Shown here: positions 23,996-36,635 of the stretch, piece after piece
How the letters are laid out: the number at the start of each line of letters is the position of its first letter
Numbering within the stretch: the stretch's first letter is position 1
Assembly: GCF_037042905.1 (NCBI RefSeq)
Contig: NC_087245.1
Coordinates: 18,106,001-18,170,000, forward strand
Direction: 5' to 3'
Source: Lytechinus pictus
Taxonomy: Eukaryota
DNA length: 64,000 nucleotides
Position numbers and translations under genes: made by a program
Notes under the pieces: model-generated
What the model saw: the letters and a program-made list of their open reading frames with translations, nothing else
What the model was told of the DNA's origin: nothing
Databases searched by the model: none

Positions 23996-25711
23996 ACTAA
24001 TATAATTCATTTGTAGCTTTCTGGTATGCGATCTCTAAATTTAAACACAAATGCTCAAAATACCCTTTTGAAAAGATATGCATTTACCGAGAGAGGGTGC
24101 AAGTAATGCAATAATTCAACATTAAATTTTCACATAGAATCAAGTACAAGCATCTACACTTTTATAAGATTAGAATAGATGATATATACATTCCATTCAA
24201 TTCATTCAATTTCATTTTATTGTCCACATGGAAATTTGTTTTGCTCACATTATAAAACATTTGTAATAAAACTTCACATTTACATAGGCCTATATCACAT
24301 GCCTAGATACAATTATACAAAATTGCATTAGAAAGTGACAAATACAAGGGAAATTCTTCAGGACAATGTTAATGTTTGTTCAATAAAGATGTAAAAGTAA
24401 TAACATGGTATAAGTTTTAGACAGGATTTTCCTAAGTACTGTGTATGAACCCTGAATAAGGATAGAGGTTTGAAACATACAATGCAGGTATCTTGTGTAG
24501 AAGAAAGTGCTTTCAAACTGACCCAATCATCAAAATACCTGTAAATTAGGGAGAACTTGTTCAGGCATCAAAATATACAATAATTTTTTTCCACATTCAA
24601 TTTGCTCAAACTAGACCCCTTCAGGGTAAGTTTTTGAGGTCACAAGCATATATGTGCAATATAGTCTAAGTAGCAGACAAGGAGCGTGATTAGAATGATC
24701 ACTAGCTCAAAAGATCAACCGGAGTGCTCTGCAGTGCCCATGCCCAGTTATTCGCTAGATGGGAAAGTTCTTTCTGCCAAAAATACCTATTTTTTGTGAT
24801 CGGGCTAAAAAAAAAGTTCTAGTACTTTAACAAGTATTCTGTTGATCGAGGTGGTCTGAATACACCTAGAAAGATAGAAGAGTCTAGCCCAAGGCTATCA
24901 GAGGCCCCAGTTGAGTTGTCCTAGATTTAACCTTTTTATTGCTTAAAAGATGCAGTAAATTAATTTAGCGATGGCTCGATGTTCATGGCAAGATATTGAC
25001 ATTTCAACCAGATGGTGAACTACAATATAGGCCTACACTGTATGTAGATGGATAATGAATACTATCTCTAGAGCACGGCATTGTATGCAATATTTGACAG
25101 TGGTCACAAACAGAAAAGTGATGCATAAATTTTTGCTTAGTGCACAATTGCTGAACAGGTTTCTTGCTACAGGGTATGATGCATTTAGTTTACTCGTTTC
25201 TGTAAACAAATATAAATAATCAAATGTATCTGTTCCAATATCTATTCTTGTTTAGTAAAATATGAAACATTTCATTTTCAACCACTAGTGTATTGAATTT
25301 ATGTTATGATTAGCCTACAATTCTGATTGTGTTCATTATCATTGTACTTGAGTATGGTATAATGTCTCTAGATTTGAAGCTGCTCTTGTTCATGAAGAGT
25401 GTTCAACTTTCATTGATCTTTATATTGTTTGGTATTTCTGTTTTCACTCATACTAACTAACTTATTGGTTCAAAGGGTTTGATTCCCCTTCAAGAAACAT
25501 AGATTAAAAGCTCTGTAAAATATAGGCTTAACATTTGATTGATGGAAATATTTCAAATTAGGCCTACCTCCTCACTGCCCAAATGGCAAATCGCAAAAGG
25601 GGGAAACTAGACTTGCAAAATTTTTAGATATACATGAATGCCTATCATTTTTTATTTGAATCATTTGTGATAACACTTTTCTTATGAGTTGAGGATCTAC
25701 TGGCTTTTATA

Positions 25712-26072
25712 TGGTAAAGTCCCCATGTCTGCGCAATACCGCTTGTCTGCGCATACACAAATCTACACGATTCTAATAGAAGAAGACATGCAGCGACTAC
25801 AAACTTTACACATTCAAAAGAAAGATATTTAGTTAAAAATCCGACTGGGTGCGCAGATATGAGGCGCCATTTTGTTGTTCAGTCTGAATGACTGGCTTAG
25901 GTTTTTCCAAGAAAACCAGATATTTCTCTAAAATTTTTATGAGATTTTTTACACACTTTACTCATAGAATATAAGGAACATTATCAACTGAATTTTTTTG
26001 TGAAATAAAAATGATTATGATTAATTAATCTTACATTAGACTGTTAGGTGTGCAGACATGGAGCATCCTTTA
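25712..26072. mobile_element. pogo/Tc1-like MITE, inverted paralogue of 7699-8164
   Basis: TA|TGGTAAAGTCCCCATGTCTGCGCA ... GTTAGGTGTGCAGACATGG; internal sequence is homologous. Confidence 0.65.
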
Positions 26073-26107
26073 TACAGTATTGTACTTGCTTTGGTTTTAG
26101 TTGTTAA

Positions 26108-26682
26108 AGGGATGGTCCGGGCTGAAAGTATTTATAGCTTAATAAATAGAGTAGAATTCACTGAGCAAAACGCCAAAAATTTCATCAAAATAGGATAACA
26201 AAGTTATTGAATTTTAAAGTTTAGCAATATTTTGTGAAAACAGTCGTCATGAATATTCATTAGGTGGGCTGATGATGTCACATTCCCACTTGTTCTATTG
26301 TATTTTATTATATGAAATAAGGTTTATTCAAATTTTTTCCTCCAAGAACTAGAAAAATTGGATTGACAACTGATTTAGTGCATTAGATATTTATTGCTGC
26401 AACTTATTTCACTATAAGGGAGACATATTATTCACACAAGTATGAAATAATAATAAAAATGTGATTTTATGTAATAGCATAAGAAAACGGAGAGTGGAGA
26501 TGTGACATCATCAGCCCACCTAATGAATATTCATGACAACTGTTTTCACAAAAAATTGCTGAACTTTAAACTTCAATAACTTTATTATTTGTTATCCGAT
26601 TTCGATGAAATTTTCGGCATTTTGCTCAGTGAATTCTACTCTATGTATTAAGATATGAATATTTTCAGCCCAGACCATCCCT
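26108..26682. mobile_element. TTAA-TSD long-TIR MITE, same family as 13787-14368, opposite orientation
   Basis: TTAA|AGGGATGGTCCGGGCTGAAA ... TTTCAGCCCAGACCATCCCT|TTAA. Confidence 0.9.
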
Positions 26683-27845
26683 TTAAGGATCTACCCAGGG
26701 AGTTGAGAGGCCTGATCTACCCATAGGATGAAGGTACATGTAGGCTTAACTGTCTGCTGCATTATGTCCCTCATTGAAGTTGCATAGAACGATTGATGCC
26801 TGAAATTTGTTCCGCTACTCCTCGTTCTCCTCTCTCGCCTCTTTGGACTGATTTAGATTGGATGGATGGAAGAAATTTTTCTTAAAGCTATTTTTGCATA
26901 GAGATTCCGGTGATTCAACTCTTGAAAGTAGATTGGAGAGTCCTTTGAAGTTTATGATTTATGGACATTTACTGTTTCATCGTGTTGACCTGTAGACACC
27001 TACCATTGATGGCATCATGGACAAGTAGGTCCATGTCCATGGCGGCATCAACTCTGTGATAGATTTAACCAAATGGCCAAGAAGTAAAAGAAAATGAAAG
27101 GAGGATAATGTAGTAGCCTACATTTTCACCTTTTCCATCTGATCTCCTTTTCTTCTGCTTCTTCTTACCATTGTCTGTTTCCTCTTCCTACTTTTATTTC
27201 TCTTTCCCCCTTTCCTTCTATTTTTTTCTTTTCATATTCCTTTTCTATCTCTTTATTACTCCTCCATCCTTCATATTCTTGTTCACCATTGTACAAGCCC
27301 TGGATAATACATTTGGAGAAGGAGACACACTTCCTATGTTTCAACGGTTGATCAAAGTTAAAATGAGTTATTTGCGCATGTTTCCATGACAGATGCTCCC
27401 ACCATAAAGCACTTACAGTCTGAGATTAGATGGATGAAGAGTTTCTGAGGCCCATTATTGTCTCTCTGACTTGATGCAATGATTCATACTGTACATACAG
27501 GAGGCCTCAATGTGAAGTCTCAAGAAAATACTGAAATTCCCTTATTTGAGCAATTGCCATTGCTGTAATTTACAATGCTTCTCATTTATCTGCTTTGGCA
27601 TAAAACCTTCCCCAAAGAAAATCACTTGCATTGATGTGACGCCTGTGAAATGTTTTTTGATACATGTACCTCTTTAAACTTTTGTTGCAAGAAATATCAA
27701 GATTAACTGATATGTAGTGTACATGTAATGTATGAGGTTTCTTGCCAAAATACTTAGTGACCCATCGTATAATTGTTGGAAGTGCTGAGTTACTTTTTAG
27801 GAGTAGGATTGTGATCCTATGCATTTTTAACAGAAATAGATGCAT

Positions 27846-28422
27846 TAGAACTTTGAAATTTTATGGATCTAGTTCCTGAAACTTGGACAAAAGAGCAATC
27901 CCATATCCTTGAAAATCCTTAACAAGTTTTAGGTCACATGACCAAGGTCAAAGGTCATTTAGGGTTCACAAACTTAATGTTGGGGGTGCATGTATGTGTT
28001 AAATTACCATCATAAGTTTGTTGATCTAGTTCATAAAACTTGGACATAAGAGTAATCAAGTAAATTATAATCAAGTATCACTGAATATCCTTTGCAAGTT
28101 TTAGGTCACATGACCAAAGTCAACGGTCATTTAAGGTCAATGAACTTTGGCCAAGTTGGGGGTAATTGTTGAATTGGCATCTAGATCATGAAACATAGAC
28201 GTAAGGGTAATCAAGTATGAATGGTTGTTTTGCACACGTCTTTAGGTCACATGATCATGGTCTAAGGCCATTTGGGGTCAATGAACATAGTACCGGTATT
28301 TTATTATCATATGAATATTTTCTTTTGTGAATAATTATTCAATAGCACTTTTCGAAGTCATCACTGCTGACGTATATTAAATCGCGTAATGCAGGCAAGA
28401 CTGCCAGATGCGTTCCACTTGT
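27846..28422 (+). mobile_element. 5'-truncated Helentron/HINE-like element
   Basis: Same ~163-bp internal units and 3' end (ATGCAGGCAAGACTGCCAGATGCGTTCCACTTGTT) as 32809-33808. Confidence 0.8.
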
Positions 28423-28932
28423 TTCGTAGTTTGGCTTGATATGCAGAATTTTCAGCATATTTGTTTCAGTGGATATGATTTACATGAAGTTTAGCATTGC
28501 CAAGTTAGGAGAAAGATGGCCATAAACTTGATTTTTTGTAGGCTTTGGATGATTCACCAGTCCGTTGGGATGACAACTTTCTCTCCATTGGTTACTTAGC
28601 AGGCTTTGTGGTCCCACATATGGCTTTCCGTGTTGGAAGTGAACGTTGACCCCAAGGTGTTGACCTTCATCATTGATCTTGGCTAGGTGCAAGGCCATGT
28701 GTCAGAAATGTGGGCTTCAAGTTCAAGTCCTTGGGCTAACAGCAGGAATGAGTTCAATGTGGTGAATTTAAAGGCAGGTCTATATCAGATCAAGTTTGCA
28801 AATTACATGTATCCTGAGCACTCTTCCTGATATGGAAAATCCAGCTAACTTGCATGAGATGAGACAACAGCATACAAAAAAAAACTTATTTCCTTGATGT
28901 AGTTATTGCTTGCTCTTGACTTTCCTGAAGTA

Positions 28933-30166
28933 CCGTAAGTAACGGTGTATTAACCGCACCCGTGTATTAACCGCACCCCCCATTTTCGGATGGAAAAAAA
29001 AAAAAAAAAAATCATTAAAAAAAAAAAAAAAAAAAAAATTAATCAAACTTACTTTCTATCTCTAATATGCGTATTTAAGAAAGAGTCAAGAACCAAAAAA
29101 TATCGAAGAATTACTGGTAAAAAATGATGGGAAATCAGCGCTTCGTCACTTATCTGCAAGTTGCCGATATTATTGGCCACTTCCACACTCCGAGTCACCT
29201 CACACACACACATATGGTACCGGTGTTCATTGCAAGTACCGATACCAGCATCAACATGGGGGCTCACCCATACGAGAAGATCGTTCATATCATATTTCCT
29301 GCATCACAGCCCCACTTTTGCTTTCAGAATTCTGTCTAGCATTCAATGTCTTGACATGAATTTTAGACAAGTGAATACGGGAAGGTTCAAGATACGAGAA
29401 ATTTGCGATTTTGTTCAGGTGTTTTTCTTGTCTGCTTTGAACCACTACCGGTAGTTCTCAGTACGTGTGTGGCGGTATCTTACAGACAGCAAAATAGGAA
29501 AAAAAAATGCTAGTACCGGTATACCGTATTTTCAATGGGAGCTCTGGGCGGGAATAAAGTGAATAATAATTAAAAATAAAAAGTCGGAAGGAGTGAAGAT
29601 GGGGATTGAAGATTGATTTTGAGATGATGGATGATAGAGAGAAATGAAGGAAAGGCAAATAAAAGAAATTAATTGTCAAATATTACCAATAATTTGTCAA
29701 ACAAAATAAATTCCACGGAAAGGTAAAGCGCCAGCTTACGTTGACGTTGCGATAAACATTACACATGCATGTCTTATTCGGCTAGCTGCACCGCGCTGTG
29801 CGATCGATTGGCGTCTGAACTTTGCCGCGATGACAAAAAAATGACAACAAAGACAGAGTCACACCATTAAAAAAAGTCAGTTTCATGAAGGTAGGTGCGT
29901 TTGTTACCGTGATATAACTTTGAGGGACATTTACGGCAGATACCGGTAGTCATAGTTGCTTCCCTTTTATACCCGCGGCTCATACCCCTCTAAACGGGAT
30001 TGCCCCAAGCGGCTACGCTCGGCCACCCGACGCGAGTTGAAAACTGGTAGTGGTATCGGGCTGAGATTGGCTTGGCTCAGACCTGTCACCGTGTATAAAC
30101 CGCACCCCCGACTTTTGATTCTGTCCCGCCGAGAAAAAGGTGCGGTTAATACACCGTTACTTACGG
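28933..30166. mobile_element. pogo/Tigger-like Tc1/mariner deletion derivative
   Basis: Perfect 28-bp TIR CCGTAAGTAACGGTGTATTAACCGCACC with TA TSD and a second internal GTGTAT.AACCGCACC repeat. Confidence 0.9.
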
Positions 30167-30209
30167 TAGTTGGTTTAGGAAATCATCTTTCAAATCCAAA
30201 TTAGGTATA

Positions 30210-31001
30210 TAGGGACAGTGATTTTCCGCGATCGCGGAAAACGGACGGAATTCACGGAAAGGGCCTTTTGAAACGGAAAATGGCATTTCAAACGGAAAAT
30301 CACGGAAAACGTATTTTCCCTCAAAATACACAGAATAGCAACAGAAATTACTCCAAAATCACAACAAAATGAGAATATTAAATGGCCAAAAAAACCCAGA
30401 AAATACGATCTCACTTCGCTACTATCATGACAATTCACACATCGTGACTGCACTCGACATCAGCACACTCGATTGTACCCCGCACCGTACCCGTACCCAG
30501 CGCGGCCGGCCGGGTTGGGCTTCACATGCACACATGTATCGTTCAACTACATGTACACAGTTGTGTGTTGCTGCCCTCTACGTTTGAAGATGTAACAGCA
30601 CGATATCGTGGTCTTAAAATCCAAGATGGCGGATTGGGAAAAGACGATGACTGATGATAACGATGTCCAAAAACCCCCAAAATTATCGATGAAATATCAT
30701 TTCACCGTGAAATAATGCTAATAATATGAAAGGTGAGGATGTATGCATGCAAAATGGGTGTGTTAAAATATTTTATTCACCCGCATAGATCCGATTAGAA
30801 CGGATTTTATTGTGTTGTTGGTACAGTAGCAGATACAAATTTTGACCAGTGCATGTAAATGTGTAAACGGAATTGTCACTTTTCCGTGTGTACAAAGTCT
30901 ATGGGGAAACGGAATTTCCGTTTTCTGACATGCTGAAACGGAATTTGAGATTTTCTAAAACGGAAAAGGCAATTTTTTGAAACGGAAAATCACTGTCCCT
31001 A
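30210..31001. mobile_element. hAT-like MITE with ACGGAA subterminal repeats
   Basis: TIR TAGGGACAGTGATTTTCCG / CGGAAAATCACTGTCCCTA and many (A)ACGGAA(A/T) motifs. TSD not cleanly resolved. Confidence 0.8.
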
Positions 31002-31860
31002 CGTATACCCTATATTTACAGAAATTGCGACCAAACTTTTAAAAACTATTCCATGACTATTCCTGTAAATATATATATACATATATTTATATATCATTTT
31101 GAAACCCCCCCCCCTTTTTTTTTAGAGAAGTCCTTCTAAAATGGAATAAACTTAGCAATAGTTGCAAGCTTCATGGATGTGTGATTAATTAAAGCAGAAG
31201 TTGAGGTCTGTTGTACCCCTCTTCTGTGACAGGCTCTCAGGTCATTTACGTGTAAGTAGTTCCTGTGAAAAGTGACATTGACAGTGACCAGATTAGGTCA
31301 ACTTCAAGTTGCTACTTGAACTCTAACTTTGTGATTTGAAGGGTAAGTCAACCACGATGTCAAGTTGGTTCCGATAAAGTAGAAATATGAGAGAAGCTTA
31401 GCGTGAAAGTTTGAAAAAAAAAGTTTTATTTTGTTTCAAGCATTATTTTTGTGATATTAAATTCATCAAACTTTCAATGAAATATTTCTTTCTTTTCTGA
31501 TTTAAGTCTGTCTCTTGTCCTATTGAATAGCCAAGTTGAATTTATTCATCCCTCATTGCTAAAGAACTCTTTGAAGGTTATAATGTAAAGAATGTATTAT
31601 ACAAGATCTCAACATGCTTGTACTGCAAATTTCAAATGAATTTGCTTTCTGTTTCTAGTGAATCAAATGTTTGAATTTGCACTTATTCTTTCCTCCTGTA
31701 GTAACACAGGCTTTGAAGATGATTGTGCAAGGAAGAATGAGAAGTGAATTGCTTTAACATGGACATTACAGTACTTGATGTGCCCTGGATTAGTCCTGTT
31801 GATGGGAGGGGGAGCTGTTTATTTTATCCATGATCATTTTCAGCTTTCCACCATGAAATG

Positions 31861-32308
31861 CCCCAGGGGAGGGGGCAGTAAAATGTACATGTATTGCTGT
31901 ACACATGCAGGACAAAATTATTTCCAAACACCCCCTAAACGAGTTTTTCTCTGTGTGCAAAATAACCCCCTAAACAACTTTTTCGCGGGCTTCATTTACA
32001 CATTTTGGCCCCTAAACAAGCTGTTGTCAGAATATGACCCCTAAACCCCAAAAAGCTTGGAAAAAAATACACCCTAAACACATTTGGCTAGTCTTTAAGA
32101 AAAAAAGCTTTGGAAAAAAAATGCCCTAAATACGTTTGACCCCGCGATTGACCATTGACCAGTCTTTCAAAACCACTCTTTTTTGTGAAAATCAGTGTTT
32201 TTGACACCCTTAACAAGTGCACGCATAGCCCGCGTCCAAAACTGAAAACGTGTTTTTTTTTGTCACGCATGTGTACAGCAATATATTTGACCCCCCCCCC
32301 TCCCCCGT
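31861..32308. mobile_element. MITE with CCC/poly-G termini and CCCTAAAC subterminal repeats (EnSpm-like, tentative)
   Basis: TIR core TATTGCTGTACACATGC / GCATGTGTACAGCAATA. Confidence 0.7.
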
Positions 32309-32808
32309 TGAAGTGCTTGATGGGTGTTATACATGTAGCTAGGGTGGTGATAGCTTTTATCTTTAGAATCACATGATCATTTGTAGCTCTCTGCCATTAG
32401 CAATAGCAGATAAAGATCAGAGTGTCACTCATAGCTCTATTCACAGATGGGTCGCGTGAGTAGGTACTAATTCTGGATACTTGTGGCTGATCAATCATGT
32501 GATCAGAACTCTACTGGAGATGTGTGTCCATGTTCATGAAAACACTTCCACTGTATTAAAGTAGTGTACTTCAGTTTAATGAATCCCCAATATTAAACAT
32601 TGAGTCTACCCTCATGGCATGGTCAAGTTGGTTAAACAAAAACACACAGAAAGATTATATAAACGTACAGTATGAACATGAAGCTATTTGTTAATAGCTC
32701 TATGGTATGAATAAAGGTTTGAGAAAAGTAAAAGGATTTAGAAAAACAGAGATATGACTCTTGAAGTTTTCGTTTTGTGGTGTCACGTGTGTGCTTCTGC
32801 AACCTTAT

Positions 32809-33808
32809 TTTTGTCTCGCCTGCATAGCAGAGCGAGACTATAGGCGCCGCTTTTCCGACGGCGGCGGCGGCGTCAACATCAAATCTTAACCTAAGGTTAA
32901 GTTTTTGAAATGACATCATAACTTAGAAAGTATATGGACCTAGTTCATGAAACTTTGACATAAGGTTAATCAAGTATTACTGAACATCCTGCCTGAGTTT
33001 CAGGTCTCATGACCAAGGTCAAAGGTCATTTAGGGTCAATGAACTTAGACCATGTTGGGAAAATTATTTTCAAAATCTTAACCGAAGGTTAAGTTTTTGA
33101 AATGACATCATAACTTAGAAAGTATATGGACCTAGTTCATGAAACTTTGAGATAAGGTTAATCAAGTATTACTGAACATCCTGCCTGAGTTTCAGGTCAC
33201 ATGACCAAGGTCAAAGGTCATTTAGGGTCAATGAACTTTGGCCAAGTTGGGGGTATTTGTTGAATTACCATCATAACTTTGAAAATTTATGGATTTAGTT
33301 CATGAAACTTGGACATAAGGTTAATCAAGTACCACTGAATATCCTGTGCGTGTTTCAGGTCACATGACCATGGTCAATGGTCATTTAAGGTCAATGAACT
33401 TTGGCCGTGTTGGGGGTATTTGTTGAATTACCATCCTAACTCTGAAGTTTATGGATCTAGTTCATAAAACTTTGGATATAAGAGTAATCAAGCATCACTG
33501 AACATCCCCTGTGAGTTTCAGGTCACAAAACCAAGTCAAATGTCAGTTAAGATCAATAAACTTAGGCCATGTTGGGGTAATTGTTGAAGTGCCATCATAA
33601 CTTTGAAAGTTTATGGATAGAGTGAATGAAATGTGGACATGGGTGTAGTTGACAGTCTTAAGTCTCCGTTCAAATGTCATTTATGGTCAATGAACGTGGT
33701 ATTATGTCATTATATGAATGATTATTTTATAGTAGTTTTCAAAGTTAGCACTGCTGCTATATTAAGTTGCGTAATGCAGGCGAGACTGCCAGAGGCGTTC
33801 CACTTGTT
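32809..33808 (+). mobile_element. Full-length Helentron-associated (HINE/DINE-1-like) element with a central ~163-bp tandem array
   Basis: T-run, 5' subTIR GTCTCGCCTGCAT (32813-32825) with adjacent partial IR, (GCG)n microsatellite, and repeat units at 32914, 33106, 33269, 33432 and 33593. 3' subTIR ATGCAGGCGAGAC (33774-33786), small stem-loop, TT end. Confidence 0.85.
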
Positions 33809-34921
33809 CATATTATGAATTCCATAGATTGTCATTTATTTGTAGCTCACAGTTGATATTAAAATCATATAGGTCCTGCCTTACTCTCATGTAGTCACAT
33901 TGCAACTTTTATTTCTTCATTTTGTAGCTTGATTTCAAGATGCACTTTATTAAGAAAAGGCTATGCCAAGTTCCAAATCGAATGATCCCTGGCTACTTGT
34001 TGCTGACTTGAAAGTGAAATGAGTTTTTGAATTCTGTTTATTATAATGTTCTGTTACTTTGAAATTTCCAATAATTAGGTATTTGATTCAGAGGGTAAAA
34101 TGGTTCTTCATGAAAATTTAACCAGAAAGGAGTGTAAACATGCATCATCTATAAAATGTGGTTTTGTTATGGAAAAAAAATCAAGCACTATGAATTAACT
34201 GAATGAATTGATAAAACAATTGTTTGTTTTGCTTGCCTGAAGAAATTGAAATATATTAATCAGACTGTGAGGAATGATGACAAATCCTTGGCTGACACTC
34301 TAGTAGAAATTGAAAAGGGACCCCTTTGTGCCTCAGTCAGGGCCCAGTAGTTTGTGTATGAGAAGCGACAGATTCATTTTTATTTCTAAATTGCCTGGAG
34401 GACTGTTCTCATTTTAAAAGTAAAGTACTTTATCTTTTATCATCTCGTCTTTCATATTCTTCCCCCTTTTCCGGTTCTTAGTAATGAGTATTTCCAGAGA
34501 CATTGTATTGTGAGAGAAAATGTCTGGAAGCTAGATTGAATTGACGATCAAATAGATGGAAACAGTGTATTTGGAACTACATGTACGGGGAGTAATAGAA
34601 TAACGGTTTTCTAAATGCATATAGCGGGAAACTCAAACACTATTCATTATGTGTGGGACCAAAGATAACACCTTGCAGCCGGGATGTATATTTTGATAGT
34701 TATCACTTTGGAAATGTACTCCTCCATGTAATGATATTTTTTTAATGTTCCTTTTGATTTTTTAAAGGTAGAAACCACCCCTACAGACATTTTTATATAT
34801 AAAACGGGAAAAACAAGCATAATTCTGTAATAAAATTTATCAAAATACATATTCTTGGTAATAAGGAAGTTTATTATGAAATATTTAGAATTTTATGGGA
34901 CTTCACAAAACAGTAGGTATT

Positions 34922-35059
34922 TATCGCAGGTTATATGTTATGATTGAACCGATGATATCACAAACTCGATATTTAAATTTTGTAAACTTGTATCGCAGGT
35001 TATATATTATGATTGAACCGATGATATCACAAACTCGATATTTAAATTTTGTAAACTTG
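34922..35059 (+). repeat. 69-bp near-perfect tandem duplication
   Basis: TATCGCAGGTTATAT(G/A)TTATGATTGAACCG...GTAAACTTG occurs twice. Confidence 0.95.
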
Positions 35060-36574
35060 TAGCTATATAAAATTTGAATTACATACAGGATTCAATTTGT
35101 ATAGATTGGTGATGAAGAAGCTCCTTGATAATTATTCTTGCTGAAAAAAAAGAAGCACTGATTTTATTTATTTGACTGTTCCTAAAACGGATTAAGATAC
35201 AGTCTTCAAACTTAATTTTCTATACACCTGTAATTTCTGAAGATGAAGAAATTTCTTATTAAATTCTGTAAAAAGAAAAAGAAAAATTCTCATTTTTGAG
35301 AAGTACAATATAGAAAGATAAGAATCACATTTCTTTCTCCTATTTGTTGTGTTGTTAAAAATGCGTGTACATGTAACTGAACATGTCTCTATCAGTATTT
35401 TCCTTCATCCATAGCCTATTTTAATGGAGTCATTGACAGAGATGATTGCAACCAGCCGAAATTAGCTCAAGACAGACATTGACAAACGTCATAGTGGTCT
35501 GATAGACAGGATTGTTTGAACTGCAGAGTACTTGCATCTCAATTTACATGTGGGACTACATCAAAACAAATAGGCATGTGGATTGATCCGCTTCAGGGGT
35601 TGCCATTCATTTCCTATTGCAATATGTGGTTAATCCAAATACATGGTTCTGCCGCTGGTGAAAATGAAGAGCTTTTAAGTCGATGACTAACAACATTGGA
35701 TGAAATAGCATGAAGTTGGAAGGAGAGTCTCAGTCTTGAAAGTTTGTCCATTTCAGATGAGGAGAAATTTTGCAAAACACATTGTATGTGTTTGATGCAG
35801 ATCGTTTATCTTTATCACACTTGGAGAAGACTGAGAAATGTTGTCTACACAGTAGGCCTTTTCATTTTATTATGCTCTTTAATAATTTATCATGATTGTT
35901 AAATTGTTATCCATTTTTTGTATTGGAAAAATATAAAGTTCATTTTCATTAAGCAGAATGACTACCCATTTACCACCCACTAAATTACATGAAATAATTC
36001 ACCAATCCTTGACTTTGTAAACTACATGTACGTAAGTTTAGTGTAATGCTGTAACCATTAATTACCTACATGTAGATATGTAACTCCGGCAAGTTCACTG
36101 GACAAACCCATTCCCAGTACCTGCAATATCATTGCTATGGAAAGAAGGGGGAGGGGCTTATTTCTATTCTATATAATCACACTGGTTAGTTCAATAGCCT
36201 ACATGCACTGTACATGCTCAAGAGAGAACATGTAGGCCTCCGATTTAATCATTTTGGACCTTTTCATTCTGTTCAGTTTGGTCTATTAGATTCTCTGCTG
36301 GCCTTGTCAGTCGTTGAATGACTCTGTTGATCGCTTTAGAAAGACTGTGTGAAATTTGCGGGGGCCAGCCATTGTAATACCTTTCTCAATAGAAGGATTG
36401 AACACAAACCTATCCCATCAGTGTTTTTTTAAGCTATAGAAATGCGTAAGCCTTTACACTCATATCTGGTATATCGTAAAATCATAGAAAATTTTATGAA
36501 ACTATTGTTTTCTTTGGATTTACATGTATTTTCATTGGTATGACTGACTGATATCTTCTTGATTCTAATTTCAG

Positions 36575-36635
36575 GAAAACAAGCCAGCCTTCTTTGTTCA
36601 TGCATTTATTCCTATGCTGATAGATAAATTGAATG
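36575..36635 (+). other. Candidate 61-nt non-coding (5'UTR) exon, possibly of EXTL3
   Basis: Acceptor TCTTCTTGATTCTAATTTCAG| and strong donor ATG|GTAAGT. Confidence 0.45.

Noticed and set aside
24185..24530. LINE (L2/CR1) 3' end on the minus strand
   Set aside because: Only a (TGAA)-like tail and a few suggestive codons; too decayed to support.
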